The translations under genes and the position numbers were made by a program. DNA of 60,225 nt, the filler included, from Gonapodya sp. JEL0774 (lineage: Eukaryota), in NCBI GenBank assembly GCA_027604505.1. It is 6 parts of 6 records of this genome, joined end to end, with 100 filler letters (N's around TTAATTAATTAA, not from the genome) between each part and the next. Parts side by side here need not be neighbours in the genome. Positions count along the whole stretch, not along the records: positions 40,300 to 50,222 come from JADIIX010000402.1; positions 50,323 to 60,225 come from JADIIX010000403.1; 4 more parts are not named here. One strand, 5' to 3'. A model generated the notes under the pieces. That model was not told where the DNA came from and did no database searches. It saw only the letters and a program-made list of their open reading frames with translations. This document shows, piece after piece, positions 49,315-60,225 of this stretch; position 1 is the first letter of the stretch, and each line of letters opens with the position of its first letter.

Positions 49315-50222
49315 CCTGTCACTATCTCAGCATCGAACACACATACATCATATGTCTGTGTGTGATCGCGTTCGTCCGGGTTCGTCGTTCACTCCTCACT
49401 GCGTTCACTCCTCCTGTTCACTGCTTCCCTGCTTGATGTTACACCAGTGTTTCATTGTTCGAACTCGTGCACTCATTTTCGTCCCCTTTCAAGCTCATTA
49501 CACACTGCGTCTTCACTTCTTTTCTCTCTTTTGTTTCCCGCTCTGATACACCAACTCACCGCCTCCGATGACGACCACGTTGAACGATTTGCGAGTGTCC
49601 GTGTCCATTTTAGGTCCCCCGCTGGTAGGGAGAATAAACTATGCTATGTTTCCGTGCAATGAATGAATGAACGAATGAAGCTGAGATTCGAATGTAATGG
49701 TGGCCGGAGGGAAGGGGGCATGACTCACCTGCTCTTTCTCCGGGACTGTGCACTCCGCATAAATTATTATCGCTTTGGCAAGGTGAATTTACAGACCCGC
49801 AGAAGTCCGGAACAGCTTCTCGTATGGGGATGTTTACTATTTATTTTTATCTTCGAGAGTTTAGAAAGCGCAAATTCATCGTGTTTATTCACTTGTTCAT
49901 GCAGTCGCACCTCGCATCCAAGAATAATCGTCCAGCTGCAAGCCACATTCGACCAGGAACATCCCAAGTCCCTTCCTCAAGGGGTCAAACATGCGCGCTG
50001 CGCCCAGCCCAATCTCGATCTTCCACCGTTGGATTCTATACTCGAGCTCCAGTGCCAAACCGATATCGTACTGCAACATTGGTGTGGAAGTGATACGTCT
50101 GTAAAGATTCGCACGACGAGGGAGGATAGCGTGACTGCAAATTAAGAAATTGGATTTGAGAAACTCTGGCACATCTTTTAGCATAGAAGGACCCAATAGC
50201 TGGAATTGAACCTGATGTCAAG

Positions 50223-50322
50223 NNNNNNNNNNNNNNNNNNNNNNNNNNNNNNNNNNNNNNNNNNNNTTAATTAATTAANNNNNNNNNNNNNNNNNNNNNN
50301 NNNNNNNNNNNNNNNNNNNNNN
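50223..50322. other. Artificial contig spacer
   Basis: N44-TTAATTAATTAA-N44. Confidence 0.98.
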
Positions 50323-53300
50323 AAACGAAAAACTGGGAACCGCCTCGGATACTTCACTTCTCCCTTGTCGCCCTCCGACAACTCCATTCCGACACACGTG
50401 TCTTCGCATCTCCCCAATTGTCCTCACTCGCTTTGCCATGTCATGCGAGTGTTCACATGTCCTCCTCGGACCCCTCTCCCTCCTCGGCGAACTCATACGC
50501 TGCGTCATCGTATTGTCCCCAATCATCTTCGTCAGAACCCGACTCGACATTGTCCTCAGCATATCAAACTGGCGCTCGAGAACGAAGACCAGATCTCCAA
50601 CTTTGATCAGCGGCTGGTTGAGACGAAGATTCTAAAGGAAGTGAAATGCCGGTCTTCGGTTGAAGATCAACACGAAGTGGCTCGAAGAGGGAGAGATCGT
50701 CCAGCGGACGATTGTTGTTATCGTTGAGCCCAAGATCAGGGCTACTGTCTTCGTCAATCACGGTGTCCCTTTCAGTGAGGGAATACTCAGCGCCTACAGG
50801 CCAGAATAACTTCAATTGATCAGGTGGGAAAGTCCCACGTAGATCCGTACCGTCGACTTCGGTTAATCTCATCAACCCGTTACGCATGATTTCCTTCACG
50901 CAAAACGGACCACGCCATCGCATCTCAAGCTTACCAACAAACGATTTATCCGCTCGCATGTTATACCTTAAGACCAGATCGCCTTCGCGAATTCGAAGAG
51001 ACTCTGGCCGCAGATTTCGATGTTTGGCAGATGCCCACTCGATTCTCCTACGACGTAGTTCTTGCGCAGCTTGCCATTCGGTTTGCTCACGTAAACGAAG
51101 TTGCTCAAATCGAGTGGCTAAAAGATCTTCGTGTGACTTCACGCGCATCCAATCGATACCAATGAACGTCTCCCATTGAAGATCGTAAGGAAGAACACAT
51201 TCCGTTCCAAACATTAACTCATATGGCGTCACGCCCGTAAGGCCCTTGTTTGACTGTGATCCGGTCCGCCCACAATGCAGTTGCGAAATGCTTCGGCCAA
51301 TTGTACGGCTCACCAGCACATAATCTTCCCAAGAAATTCACGATGATCCCATTTGGTCGCTCAATTGGAGCGTTACTTTCAGAATGATAGGCCGAGATTG
51401 TGAAGTGATGAAATCCGAATTGAGTTGCAAGACGCGATTTCACTCCCTTCAGCTGGTTTCCGGCGTTGTCTGTGACAATACCTCCGATCACACCAAAACG
51501 ACAAATGATTTCTTCGTAAAGAAACCGTTCAATTTGCCTGCCATTCGGGTCACCCCGGAACATTCGGCCTTCCAACCATGCGCTCAGTCCTTCTCGTAAC
51601 ATCAGCGCGCAGGTGTATCCGCCGTATCCGGCCCCGAAAGTAACAACATCCACGTACACTTTCTGCCATAGAGCTGGAATCCATGTCGCTCTTAACGGTT
51701 CCTGATACCGTTTCAGATCCCATTTCTGGCAAACTTCGCACTCACGTACAATCTTTCGAATGACTCTTTCAATTCCACCTCGAAACCAGAATCTCGCTGA
51801 GAAAGTACTCAGCGTCGCTTTCCAATTGCAGTGTCCAAATTCTTGATGCATAGACAGAAGTATCTCAAAGACTTGTTGTTCATCCTTTAAGACTAATCGA
51901 GGTGCGCGTGTTGCATCTTTCGGTGGCGTAAACAACTTCCCATCACGTAGATAAAACTTTCGTGCATCAACACGAAAACGAAATCGTTGTTTCGCATTCA
52001 AATTCTCCGGTAATTTCAAAGTCGAAAGGAAAAGTCCGATATCTCGATCGTATCCCTCCACAGAATTCTCATCAAACGGGATCGCAACTTCCGCGATCAT
52101 TTCCGGCAACTCGCTCTTGTCAGCGGTGCCCACACTCTTAAACAAACATTGGTCCATCCAAATATCATCTGGGTCACTTACTTCACTGTTCGACTCACTG
52201 TCCACGTTCTGCTCGAGACGAGATAAGCCGTCAGCGACGGTGTTCTTCTTGCCCTCAACGTGTCGAGCTTCAAAGTTGAAAAGAAGAATATAGGCAACAG
52301 CTTGTGTGAGCTGTGCCGACGGTAGATCTGACGGACCCTTGTTGATGATCTGAATAAGACTCCGCGAATCGCTAAAAAGAATGAACTGTTTCGCGTAGAG
52401 ATATCCTGCGAGCTTCTTGAAAGAATGCAATGTAGCTAAAGTCTCGAGTAAAATGGTCGAGTATTTTACTTCCGCTCCCTTCCAGAGTCTGGAGAGGAAG
52501 TGACAAGGCCGAAGTCTCGACTGCTCATCTTCCTGACCCAACCACAATCCCCACCCCCGGTTGGACGCATCAGTCCAAACCTGGAGTGGTGGTGCTTCAT
52601 CATTGCACTCTGGTGCCTTCAAAACAGGTGCATGCGTAATTGCATGTTTCAATTCATCAACTGCCATTTCCATCCAAAAGCGATCCATGATCGCATTCTT
52701 ACGCAATCCCTCATAAAGCGCTTCTGCCTTCAACAAAAAATGCGGAATCATCATCCAGTAAAAGATGACAACTCCCAAGAACATCCGGATCTCTGTTGGT
52801 GTCCGCGGGTACGCAAGCTTCATGATTGTGTCCACCTTCTTCCCTTCGATCCGTCGACCTTCAGAATCACAGACATATCCGGTGATCTTTACTCCACGAC
52901 GCGCGACTTGCAACTTATGCGCAGACACCGTAAGGCCAGATTCCACCAACGCTTCAAGCTATTCTCTTAAGTCCTCCGCATGCTCAAAAACAAACAGATG
53001 GACCCCCGGTATGTGACTCAATGCGCCACTATACCTTGACTTGGGGCCTGCCAACGGTAGATCGTCAATGAACGGGGTACATGTGTCGAATCTTGCGCAT
53101 GACCGCTGACATCCTGGTTTGAAATTCCGCCACTGAATTCACCATACCTTGCACGAGTCGCGCCCACCTTATCCGACCGATCACGGTCTGAATTGCAGTC
53201 TGATTCCTCATTCTCGGATCCACAAGCATCTCATCGTAGCCAAAAATAGATCAAGAATCGAGACAATGGCAGAGCCAGCAAAATATTCCGAGTGTAGATC

Positions 53301-56300
53301 TGCTGATGGTGGTCGACCCGAGTTCTTGTATTGATAAGAGTTTAATTTCTGGAGGTCGATAATGAACCTCCATTGATTGTCAATCGGTTTCGATGCGTCA
53401 ACGTTCTTCTTCTGTATAAAGAAATACGGGTTGTTGTATGGTGATGCGGCATATTCCGCCACATGTGCGTCTATCTTGTGGTTAAAGAGAACAGTTTGCA
53501 CCTCTGCAAGTGTGCAGTTAGGTTGTCGGAACCCTACATCCCACGGCTCGTGAGGCGCCATTTCCCACGTTACTGGTTTATACCAGTCTGAACGTAGACA
53601 ACCCATTTCGCTGATGTCAAACGCAATCGCTTTTCGATTCTCAAAGAAAACTTCCATGAAGAGTTCTATCTCTTCAGACGACAAATCCATTCCTACTCCG
53701 ATTGAACTTCGAAGAACAACTTCTCTTTCAGGTGTCCATTCACGACACCCACAATTTTCCCACCCTGGTGGCATCGCCACTTCGGGCATCTCCTCTGTTG
53801 GTTCTCTCGTAATTCGATTAATGGGATCACTCACGTCTTTATTCACCGCACGAACCTTTTGATCTTTGCGTTTATAAGCTGTTCCAATATTGAAGATCTT
53901 TCCACGCTCCGCTAACTCTTTGATCCGATTCATTTCTTCAAAAGTAAGACCTATCAACGGTCCATAGAACGATTGTCGCCCTTTGGACATTCGAATATTG
54001 AAGGGAGTCGTTTTGCGTGGTAGACTTCACATTGAATACGTTCATCTTTGTTGGGTGGTTTCTTCTGACGAGTTGCAACCTTGTCCGCCATATCTGCTAA
54101 GAGATGTGAAATAACAGTAACCTCGGGAAATTCCTTTCGGAATTTCCTCTTCTTAACGCCGTGACCTCTGATCACCCTCTCCAAAGGAGAGTGATTGCAT
54201 TCATCATACGAAACACGAGAGCTCCCAGCCGCAGTCTGAACCGGGGAATCTTTCACCCCCTGAGGCCTCGGATGGGCCGCCTCCTCATCATCTTCCGTTG
54301 CCGGCGTCTCTTCAGTGATTACAGTCAACATATGCACAGGAGACTCAACAACCACCTCAGTCTGCATCCTCGGAGGTGTCAAGTTCCCTTGTTGATCTGT
54401 CCGCTCTCCAACATTCACTCCTTTTGCTTTCTTCCCTTTGGGACCCCAATCTGTCCAGCTCTCAACCCGTGATCTATTTGTCACAGGTCTCCCGCCCCTG
54501 CCCAACTGAAAATCCTGCGTCGGGGAATAGTCGTTCCCTTCATTCGCAAGTTCCGATGGGTAAAGATTTATCTCCATCTGAAACGCCGCCGACTTGCGCT
54601 GATCACGCTCACAACCCATCTTCTCAATCACGATACCTTTACAACGCTCCGACAAGACGCTTCCATGGAGATCTTCGAGGAACCCCGATGGGCCCTTTTT
54701 GGTGTACGACGCCCAGATGTCAGGACAAATTTCTGCAACAGGGATAGACGCTTCGTAGACCTCATAGGTGTTGCACGTCTTGACTCGAGATGAAGATGTA
54801 ACAGTTTTGGAAGAAAACAATTGCGGTCCCTCATGTGAACTCGGGATTGCTCCCTCCTCGATCTTCTCAATCTCGGCAATAAGCACCGTTGGGTCTCCTC
54901 CCCGCCTCTCTTTCTCCTTCATTGATTCATTCTTCAGTTTCACTGATTCCGAGCATGGGTGAAACTTGGACACGTCTCTCTCTGCTTCATCATCCTAAAC
55001 CACGACGTCCATGCCTTCACCATCCTCTGTCACTCGCATGTACATCCGGAATTGTATTATGTTCGGTTGCCCGAACACAATAAACGTGCGATCTTCATCG
55101 ACAACAGAAAATGTGCATTAACGTGCAGTTCCATTGATGACGACATTCACATTCGAGGCCATCCCCAAAATACGAATTCGTCCTGCGCCGAACCCCACGA
55201 TATGCTCGCTTTCCACTTGTGAAACTTCCAAGCTTAACAGTCTTATGTGGTTTCGTCCCACAATTCCGACTGTCGCTCCCGGGTCAAGCATTGCAGTGAC
55301 ATCGACATCATTCAAACGGACCTTAATGAAGGTCTTAATCGCCGCATCAATGGGCCTTGCAAAGGCCTCACTTAATTCATACGCCTCGGCATTGCCTGCT
55401 ATCACCTCTTCATGTGTCTCTTTCGACTCACCAATACCGCGAACAGCTTTTACGATCGAGTCCTTGAACTTTGGTACCGAACATACCATCTCTTCGAAAG
55501 AAAAAACTAGTTTGGTGTCCCGCAGAATGGACTTGGCCTTCTCGTCAAAGAATTGTTCTTGACGTTTAATGGTTTCACTGCGCTTGTTAGGCACACTCTG
55601 TGATCCATCACGGCGATCAACTTTTGGACCAATTCCAATGAAAGACTTTTCAGACAGTGGTTCAGGGCGCTCCTTCATTACCACGTCTTCTTGTTCCTTC
55701 CCCTTTTCATCGCGTGATTGTTCTTTCTCGTCAGTCTTTGCTTTGGTCTCCTGTTTGTCCCTTGTTAAGGGGCTCCGCCAGTTCTCCCCTTTAAACTGCA
55801 CCCTCCGCTCAGCAGGGTATGCTGCCGAAACTTCATCTCCGCCAACTCAAACGGCATAATCATCATCTTCTTCACCGTAAATGAAATCTCGCCCATACAT
55901 AGGCTGATTTGGCGAATTGAAATAATTGTACGACTCACGAGTATTTTCTGTAACGAACCTCGATCCAAGACCAGCCCATGCTGGACGTTCCCTCTCGGTA
56001 ATCCAACGCTCGTTTCGTGGCTCTGAAACAGGGATCTTGACAAACGAGGTGCGAACCTCAGCATACCCAACGTCGAGACACGCTCAAACTCCACCCTATC
56101 ACGGTTAGCCATGAACGTTTGGAAACGTTGTTCCCTCGGCTTCTTCTTGTACTCTTCTTCAATAAATTCGATCATCGACTTTCCAGTATCCTGAATTTCA
56201 CGCGAGTAGTAAATTCGAGATCCATCTGCAAAGACATAGTACGTCTTGCCATTCTTCCCGACTTCCTCCTTAATGATCCCTCGATCAAGCAAATCTCTTC

Positions 56301-57555
56301 CCGCCGGACATTGAGACTGGAAGTGACCAGTCTTACCGCACATGTAACACTTACGAACTTCACCCGGCGTCGTCGATCTAGGACGCTCAGGCTCTGATCG
56401 TGCTTGATTGGCATTTACTGTGTTATTGTTTGAGCGAACATTCATGTTCGGTGCTGTTTGACTTTGAGTAGGCCTAGCTGTTGCCTGTTTGTTGTTGTTG
56501 ACATCAGACACGAACATGACTTGTCCTCCTTCGACAATCTTGACTTTAGAAGAATAGTTTGCGACTAATGCCAACTTGATCAGGTTAATAGATCGAAGAT
56601 CCGCCTCGGGATCAACAGACACAAGTGCAGCGTTGACAAGGTCCAGATAACAACCCTTCATCTCTTCGAACGACGGCATCTTCTTCTCCGGGACTTTCTT
56701 CTCAGAAGCGCTAGGCTTCAAAACCGCTGCGACTCTCGGGTTAATCTCCTTGAGATCTCCACATGCCTCACGTATAACCCCAAAGAAATCGACAAGAGGC
56801 AATTTCTCGATCGACATTCCAAATGTCTTTGCCCTCATCATTGCCCTTAATTGTTCCTCGCGATCAAGGGCTCCGAGGATCTGCAACTTCACGCTTAATC
56901 TTGTCATCACCTCGTCCGTGATCAACTTGTGTGCTTTACGACCGACTTCATCAAACCATTCCTTCAACGAAGCTGCTCGATCCCTCCTTTTTAGCAGTTC
57001 ATTCCACTCATTCATCAGCTCTTCCGGAGTCTTCTCCTTCCTTATGAACATGTTCCGGAGGTCATATTTCAGACTGCTCCAATCACACTCCTTATACGAC
57101 TCCTTCAACAAGATCTTCGGTAACAACACAGCCTGATCTCTTGGATCAATACTCTGGATCAGCATTGACACTTTGAATCCATCCGGGTACCCCTTCTACC
57201 ACTTCTCATATGCATCGACCCAAGCGTCAAAGTGCACCATTTCCTTGGTCAATTTCCAGCCAAAAGCTTGCAACATCACATGCGTGTAGTCCATCTCTTT
57301 CTCCGCTCTTAACGGTGCACCTGCGTGCGTGGACGATCTCTCTTGATCAAATCATCTTCCTTGTACGAACCCTCTTCAAGACTTCTCAGCGACTTAAACA
57401 ACTCATCTTGTTCCGTTTGTGCCTCGACTCTTGCTTTCATGTTTTGATCCATTGGTTCAGAGTTTGTTTTTGAAAGGTGACTTTATAGCGAGTTTGGAGA
57501 CGAGAAAAGACCAGAGAAGCAAAGAGAATCGTTGGTGTGGATGTTCTCCTGCGCT

Positions 57556-57573
57556 CCCTGTAGCGCTCGCCAA
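57556..57573 (-). promoter_or_regulatory. Putative primer binding site of family C
   Basis: TGGCGAGCGCTACAGGG on minus strand, ~120 nt upstream of gag and just downstream of a candidate LTR end. Confidence 0.45.
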
Positions 57574-57580
57574 TTAAGGG

Positions 57581-57954
57581 TGTCGGGGGTAGAAGAAGAA
57601 TTTCTCGAGGTGGGTGATGATGTGTGACACGACACCCAGGGTGTTGGAGCAGGCCAGAAGAACCTAGAACTACGTATGAGGACGTAGAACTAGTACTGCA
57701 ACGACGAATACACTTGTTTGCCCTTCGGGGCGTTCGATTTGTAGGCGCAAAAGAAGTTTAGACAAAGAACACGTAATCACTTTCAACAAGCACGCGTAGC
57801 TCATGGCGACTCCCTCAGGACGTTTCCCAAGTGAAAGAGATATGGTGTAGATGTTTATACTTCTATCCTTTGTCCTTTTTGTCACGTTTTTCTTCACTTT
57901 CTTCGTATGGTATTCGATGTTCCCCCAGTACAAAGCCTAGTCATTTATATGACA
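57581..57954 (-). repeat. Candidate 5' LTR of family C
   Basis: TGTC...GACA termini next to the PBS candidate; no second copy in the window to confirm. Confidence 0.35.
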
Positions 57955-58269
57955 TCACTGTTCCCCAGTGTCCTAAGACCACATGACTCTTCGCGTCTGC
58001 AACTAAATTGTTGCGCTCTCACTACTCCGATTTGAATGCGGAGCTAAATGTAAACTCAGATATGAAAATGAAAATTTTCGGGATGTCAAAACTTCTGGTC
58101 CCACGTGACCAGGACCTCGCACTGTTCAGTCTGGGTTCCAATCCACGAACCTCCAACTCCGACCGATTCCATTTTTACCCACGACAGGTGGTTTTTTCGT
58201 TCTCTCCTCTGGTTTCATCTGTGGCAAGACATGTTCTCCATATGTATATATGTATCGAACGGGCAGAAC

Positions 58270-59963
58270 ATCACCGTGATCACTGGTACGTGGTACGTGT
58301 GCACTTCCCTTCGTTGTACCCCTGTTGACCCATTGGACTTTTCACGGACTGTCGGTAAACCACCCCATGGCCCCGCAACCACCCCACAGACCAACCACCT
58401 CGACCTTCCCTCTGGTGTGCACCACCACGGCATGTTCTTCAACCGCACCCACACCACGCTCATGCCCCGCGCTTACCCCGCCCCCTTTCCCCATTCCCCA
58501 GCGGCATCCCCACCAACGCTACCTACACCTACCTCGTCGGCCCCTCCACATCCGGCCAAACGGGCACCTTCTGGTACCGCAGGCACACGCGCGGGGAGTA
58601 CGTGGACGGGTTTTCGCGCCGCGCTCGTCATCCACCAGAGCGGAGAAAAGGCAAGGAAAGGGGCAGAGTACGACGACGAGTACGTGGTGGGGTGTTCGAC
58701 TGGTACCACGAGGAGCCTAGGGTGTTGCTCGGGCAGTTCTTGAGCGAGGCGAATCCATGTGGGGGGGGGGGGGGGGGGTGTGGTTTGAGGGGGGCACGGT
58801 GAAGAGAGGGGCGCGGGTTGAAGAGTAGGGGTGTAAAAACGCCAGAGGGGGGCGGGGANNNNNNNNNNTATCGTTCTTTTTGTTTTTTTTAGTTTTTTTT
58901 GGGGGGTGTGTTTGGTTCTGTGAGCCCTGTGGTGGTTGGGTGTTGTTGGGGTGTTGTTGGTGGCGGGGTTCTTGGTGGGGGGGGGGGGGGGGGGGGGGTT
59001 GGTGTGGCAGGGGGCAAGGTAGCGCAGGGGCTGGCGCATTCAGTACTCGAGAGTCACACAGCACGTCTTCATCCGGTACCCGAGAGAGACACGTCACCTC
59101 CTCGTGGGACGGAGAGCCTCGTGAGGCATCCGGTGCGACCCGAGTGATACACAGCACGTCGTCATCCGTTACCTGAGCGAGACACAGCACATCCTCATCC
59201 GGTACCCGAGCGAGACACAGCACGTCCTCGTCTCCCGGTCACCATCATAACTGACTTCACCTCACCTCTTGCCCCACACTGGCTCCCCCCCCCCCCCCGC
59301 CCCCACCCGCCCGCCCCCCCCCCCCCCCCCCCCCCACCCCCACCACCAACACCACACCACCCAAGCGCCCCAAACCCGGCGACGCACCCCCNNNNNNNNN
59401 NNNNNNNNACCAAAAATCCCCCCCCCCGCCCCGTCAAAACACTCACAAATCCCCAACCCGCAAGCGGCGCTGAACCCGTCCCTAAATCCGCCGTGCCCCA
59501 CGTCGCGTACAACAGGGCCGACCTCCCGGGTTTCTCGGAAAACACCACGATCCCGTTCGTGACGGGAAATACGTGCAGTTTGAGTACCATCAATATGTCG
59601 GACTTAACGCCATGTGGGGGGGGGGGTAGGGGGGGCCCCAGGACAATTAGGTTTAGGGCGGATAATCCGGGGGTGTGGTTGTGGCTTTTTATGTGTGAAC
59701 TGAGGGAGGACGTGTGTCGACGTGGCTCACCGATCCAACTCCCCCTCCTGTCCCACCTTCACCCCGCCCAGGTTCCACTGCCACATCGGATGGCACCCCG
59801 AGTCCTGGCCGCCCACTTCATCGAATCGCCCTCGCCAATCCAGGCGCTGGCCGCCTCCGCGCCGCCGCAACTGGCTCAGCACTACCAGGCACTCGGCGTG
59901 TCGGTCGCGGGGAATGCGGGAGAAGATGTCGGTGACGGTGGGTTTTGGGGAGAGTGTGGTTGA
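58270..59963 (+). pseudogene. Fet3-like multicopper oxidase, fragmentary (pseudogene or low-quality consensus)
   Basis: GVHHHGMFFN, GTFWYRRHTRGEYVDGFRA, YDDEYVV..FDWYHEE..FLSEANP, IRFRADNPGVW, FHCHIGWH, FIESP; many frameshifts, internal Ns and poly-G/C runs. Confidence 0.75.
59046..59237 (-). repeat. 33-bp tandem repeat, about five copies in two blocks
   Basis: Unit close to CCGAGCGAGACACAGCACGTCCTCATCCGGTAC; minus-strand translation DEDVLCLARVP. Confidence 0.85.
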
Positions 59964-60225
59964 GGGCCAAGGAACTGGAAGTGGCCACGGCCCTGGCCAT
60001 CCAGGCCAAGAAGGGGTCCAAGTGGCAGAGGGCGAAGAACATGTTCAGTAAAGGGCCCGAGCAGGAGAAGAAGTAGAGCAGTGGGATGGGGAGGGGTGGG
60101 TGGTTGGAGTGGGATGTGGGATCTTGGCACGGACGGGTGCGAATGTTCTGATTCAGAGATATATGTAATGGAGATATCACGTGATCTGTAGCACCGACCA
60201 CTCTAATTCTATTGTTCATTATTGA

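Larger units (their letters stand above)
50323..57954 (-). mobile_element. Ty3/gypsy family C (fungal type with FIDD RT, no chromodomain seen), degenerate; 3' LTR missing
   Basis: gag with CYMCGKTGHFQSQC (55765-57450), PR AMLDPGATVGIV (~55280), RT WRFIIDLQKLN / PFIDDLP, RH WTDASNRGWG, IN H..GH..CEVCQ, IVTDNA, GVTPYELMFG, RWRGPF; several frameshifts. Confidence 0.92.

Noticed and set aside
49550..50222. Possible 3' exons of a gene on the minus strand (LKDVPEFLKSNFL...)
   Set aside because: No family recognised, stop codons present and truncated by the contig end; not supportable as a call
10006..50322. Five regularly spaced TTAATTAATTAA motifs about every 10 kb
   Set aside because: Artificial linkers between length-sorted contigs; not biological, and ORFs crossing them are artefacts
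59046..59237. 33-bp repeats as a CRISPR array
   Set aside because: Head-to-tail degenerate units without unique spacers, no cas genes, eukaryotic context
58760..59430. Poly-G/poly-C runs here and at 44750-44790 as G-quadruplexes or poly-Pro/Gly proteins
   Set aside because: Adjacent to internal Ns and frameshifts; most likely low-quality consensus

Overview
Six unrelated ~10 kb contigs (1-10005, 10106-20084, 20185-30143, 30244-40199, 40300-50222, 50323-60225) joined by artificial 100-bp N44-TTAATTAATTAA-N44 spacers, so nothing can be inferred across the joins. Short GT-AG introns, nuclear NDUFS3, an MNN1-type mannosyltransferase, a Fet3-like oxidase and a possible DZIP1-like ciliary gene suggest a fungus, probably an early-diverging zoosporic one (inference). 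Contig 1 is compact housekeeping DNA. Contig 2 has a PP1-docking protein and an LRR-TM-SH3 receptor-like gene. Contigs 3, 4 and 6 are mostly decayed Ty3/gypsy LTR retrotransposons plus one LINE. Contig 5 has a kinase, a DZIP1-like gene and a TDA3-like oxidoreductase. Main candidate discovery: in two different gypsy families gag is separated from pol by a long non-coding spacer that reads as a spliceosomal intron. The 5' splice site overlaps the gag stop codon, and the 3' splice site restores the pol frame (21824-22341 on +; 37142-35979 on -). The first intron also folds into a multibranch RNA with G-rich hairpin loops. This points to splicing-controlled Gag/Gag-Pol expression, possibly with an intron-borne packaging signal. 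It is a prediction from sequence only, and exon boundaries of host genes are approximate.
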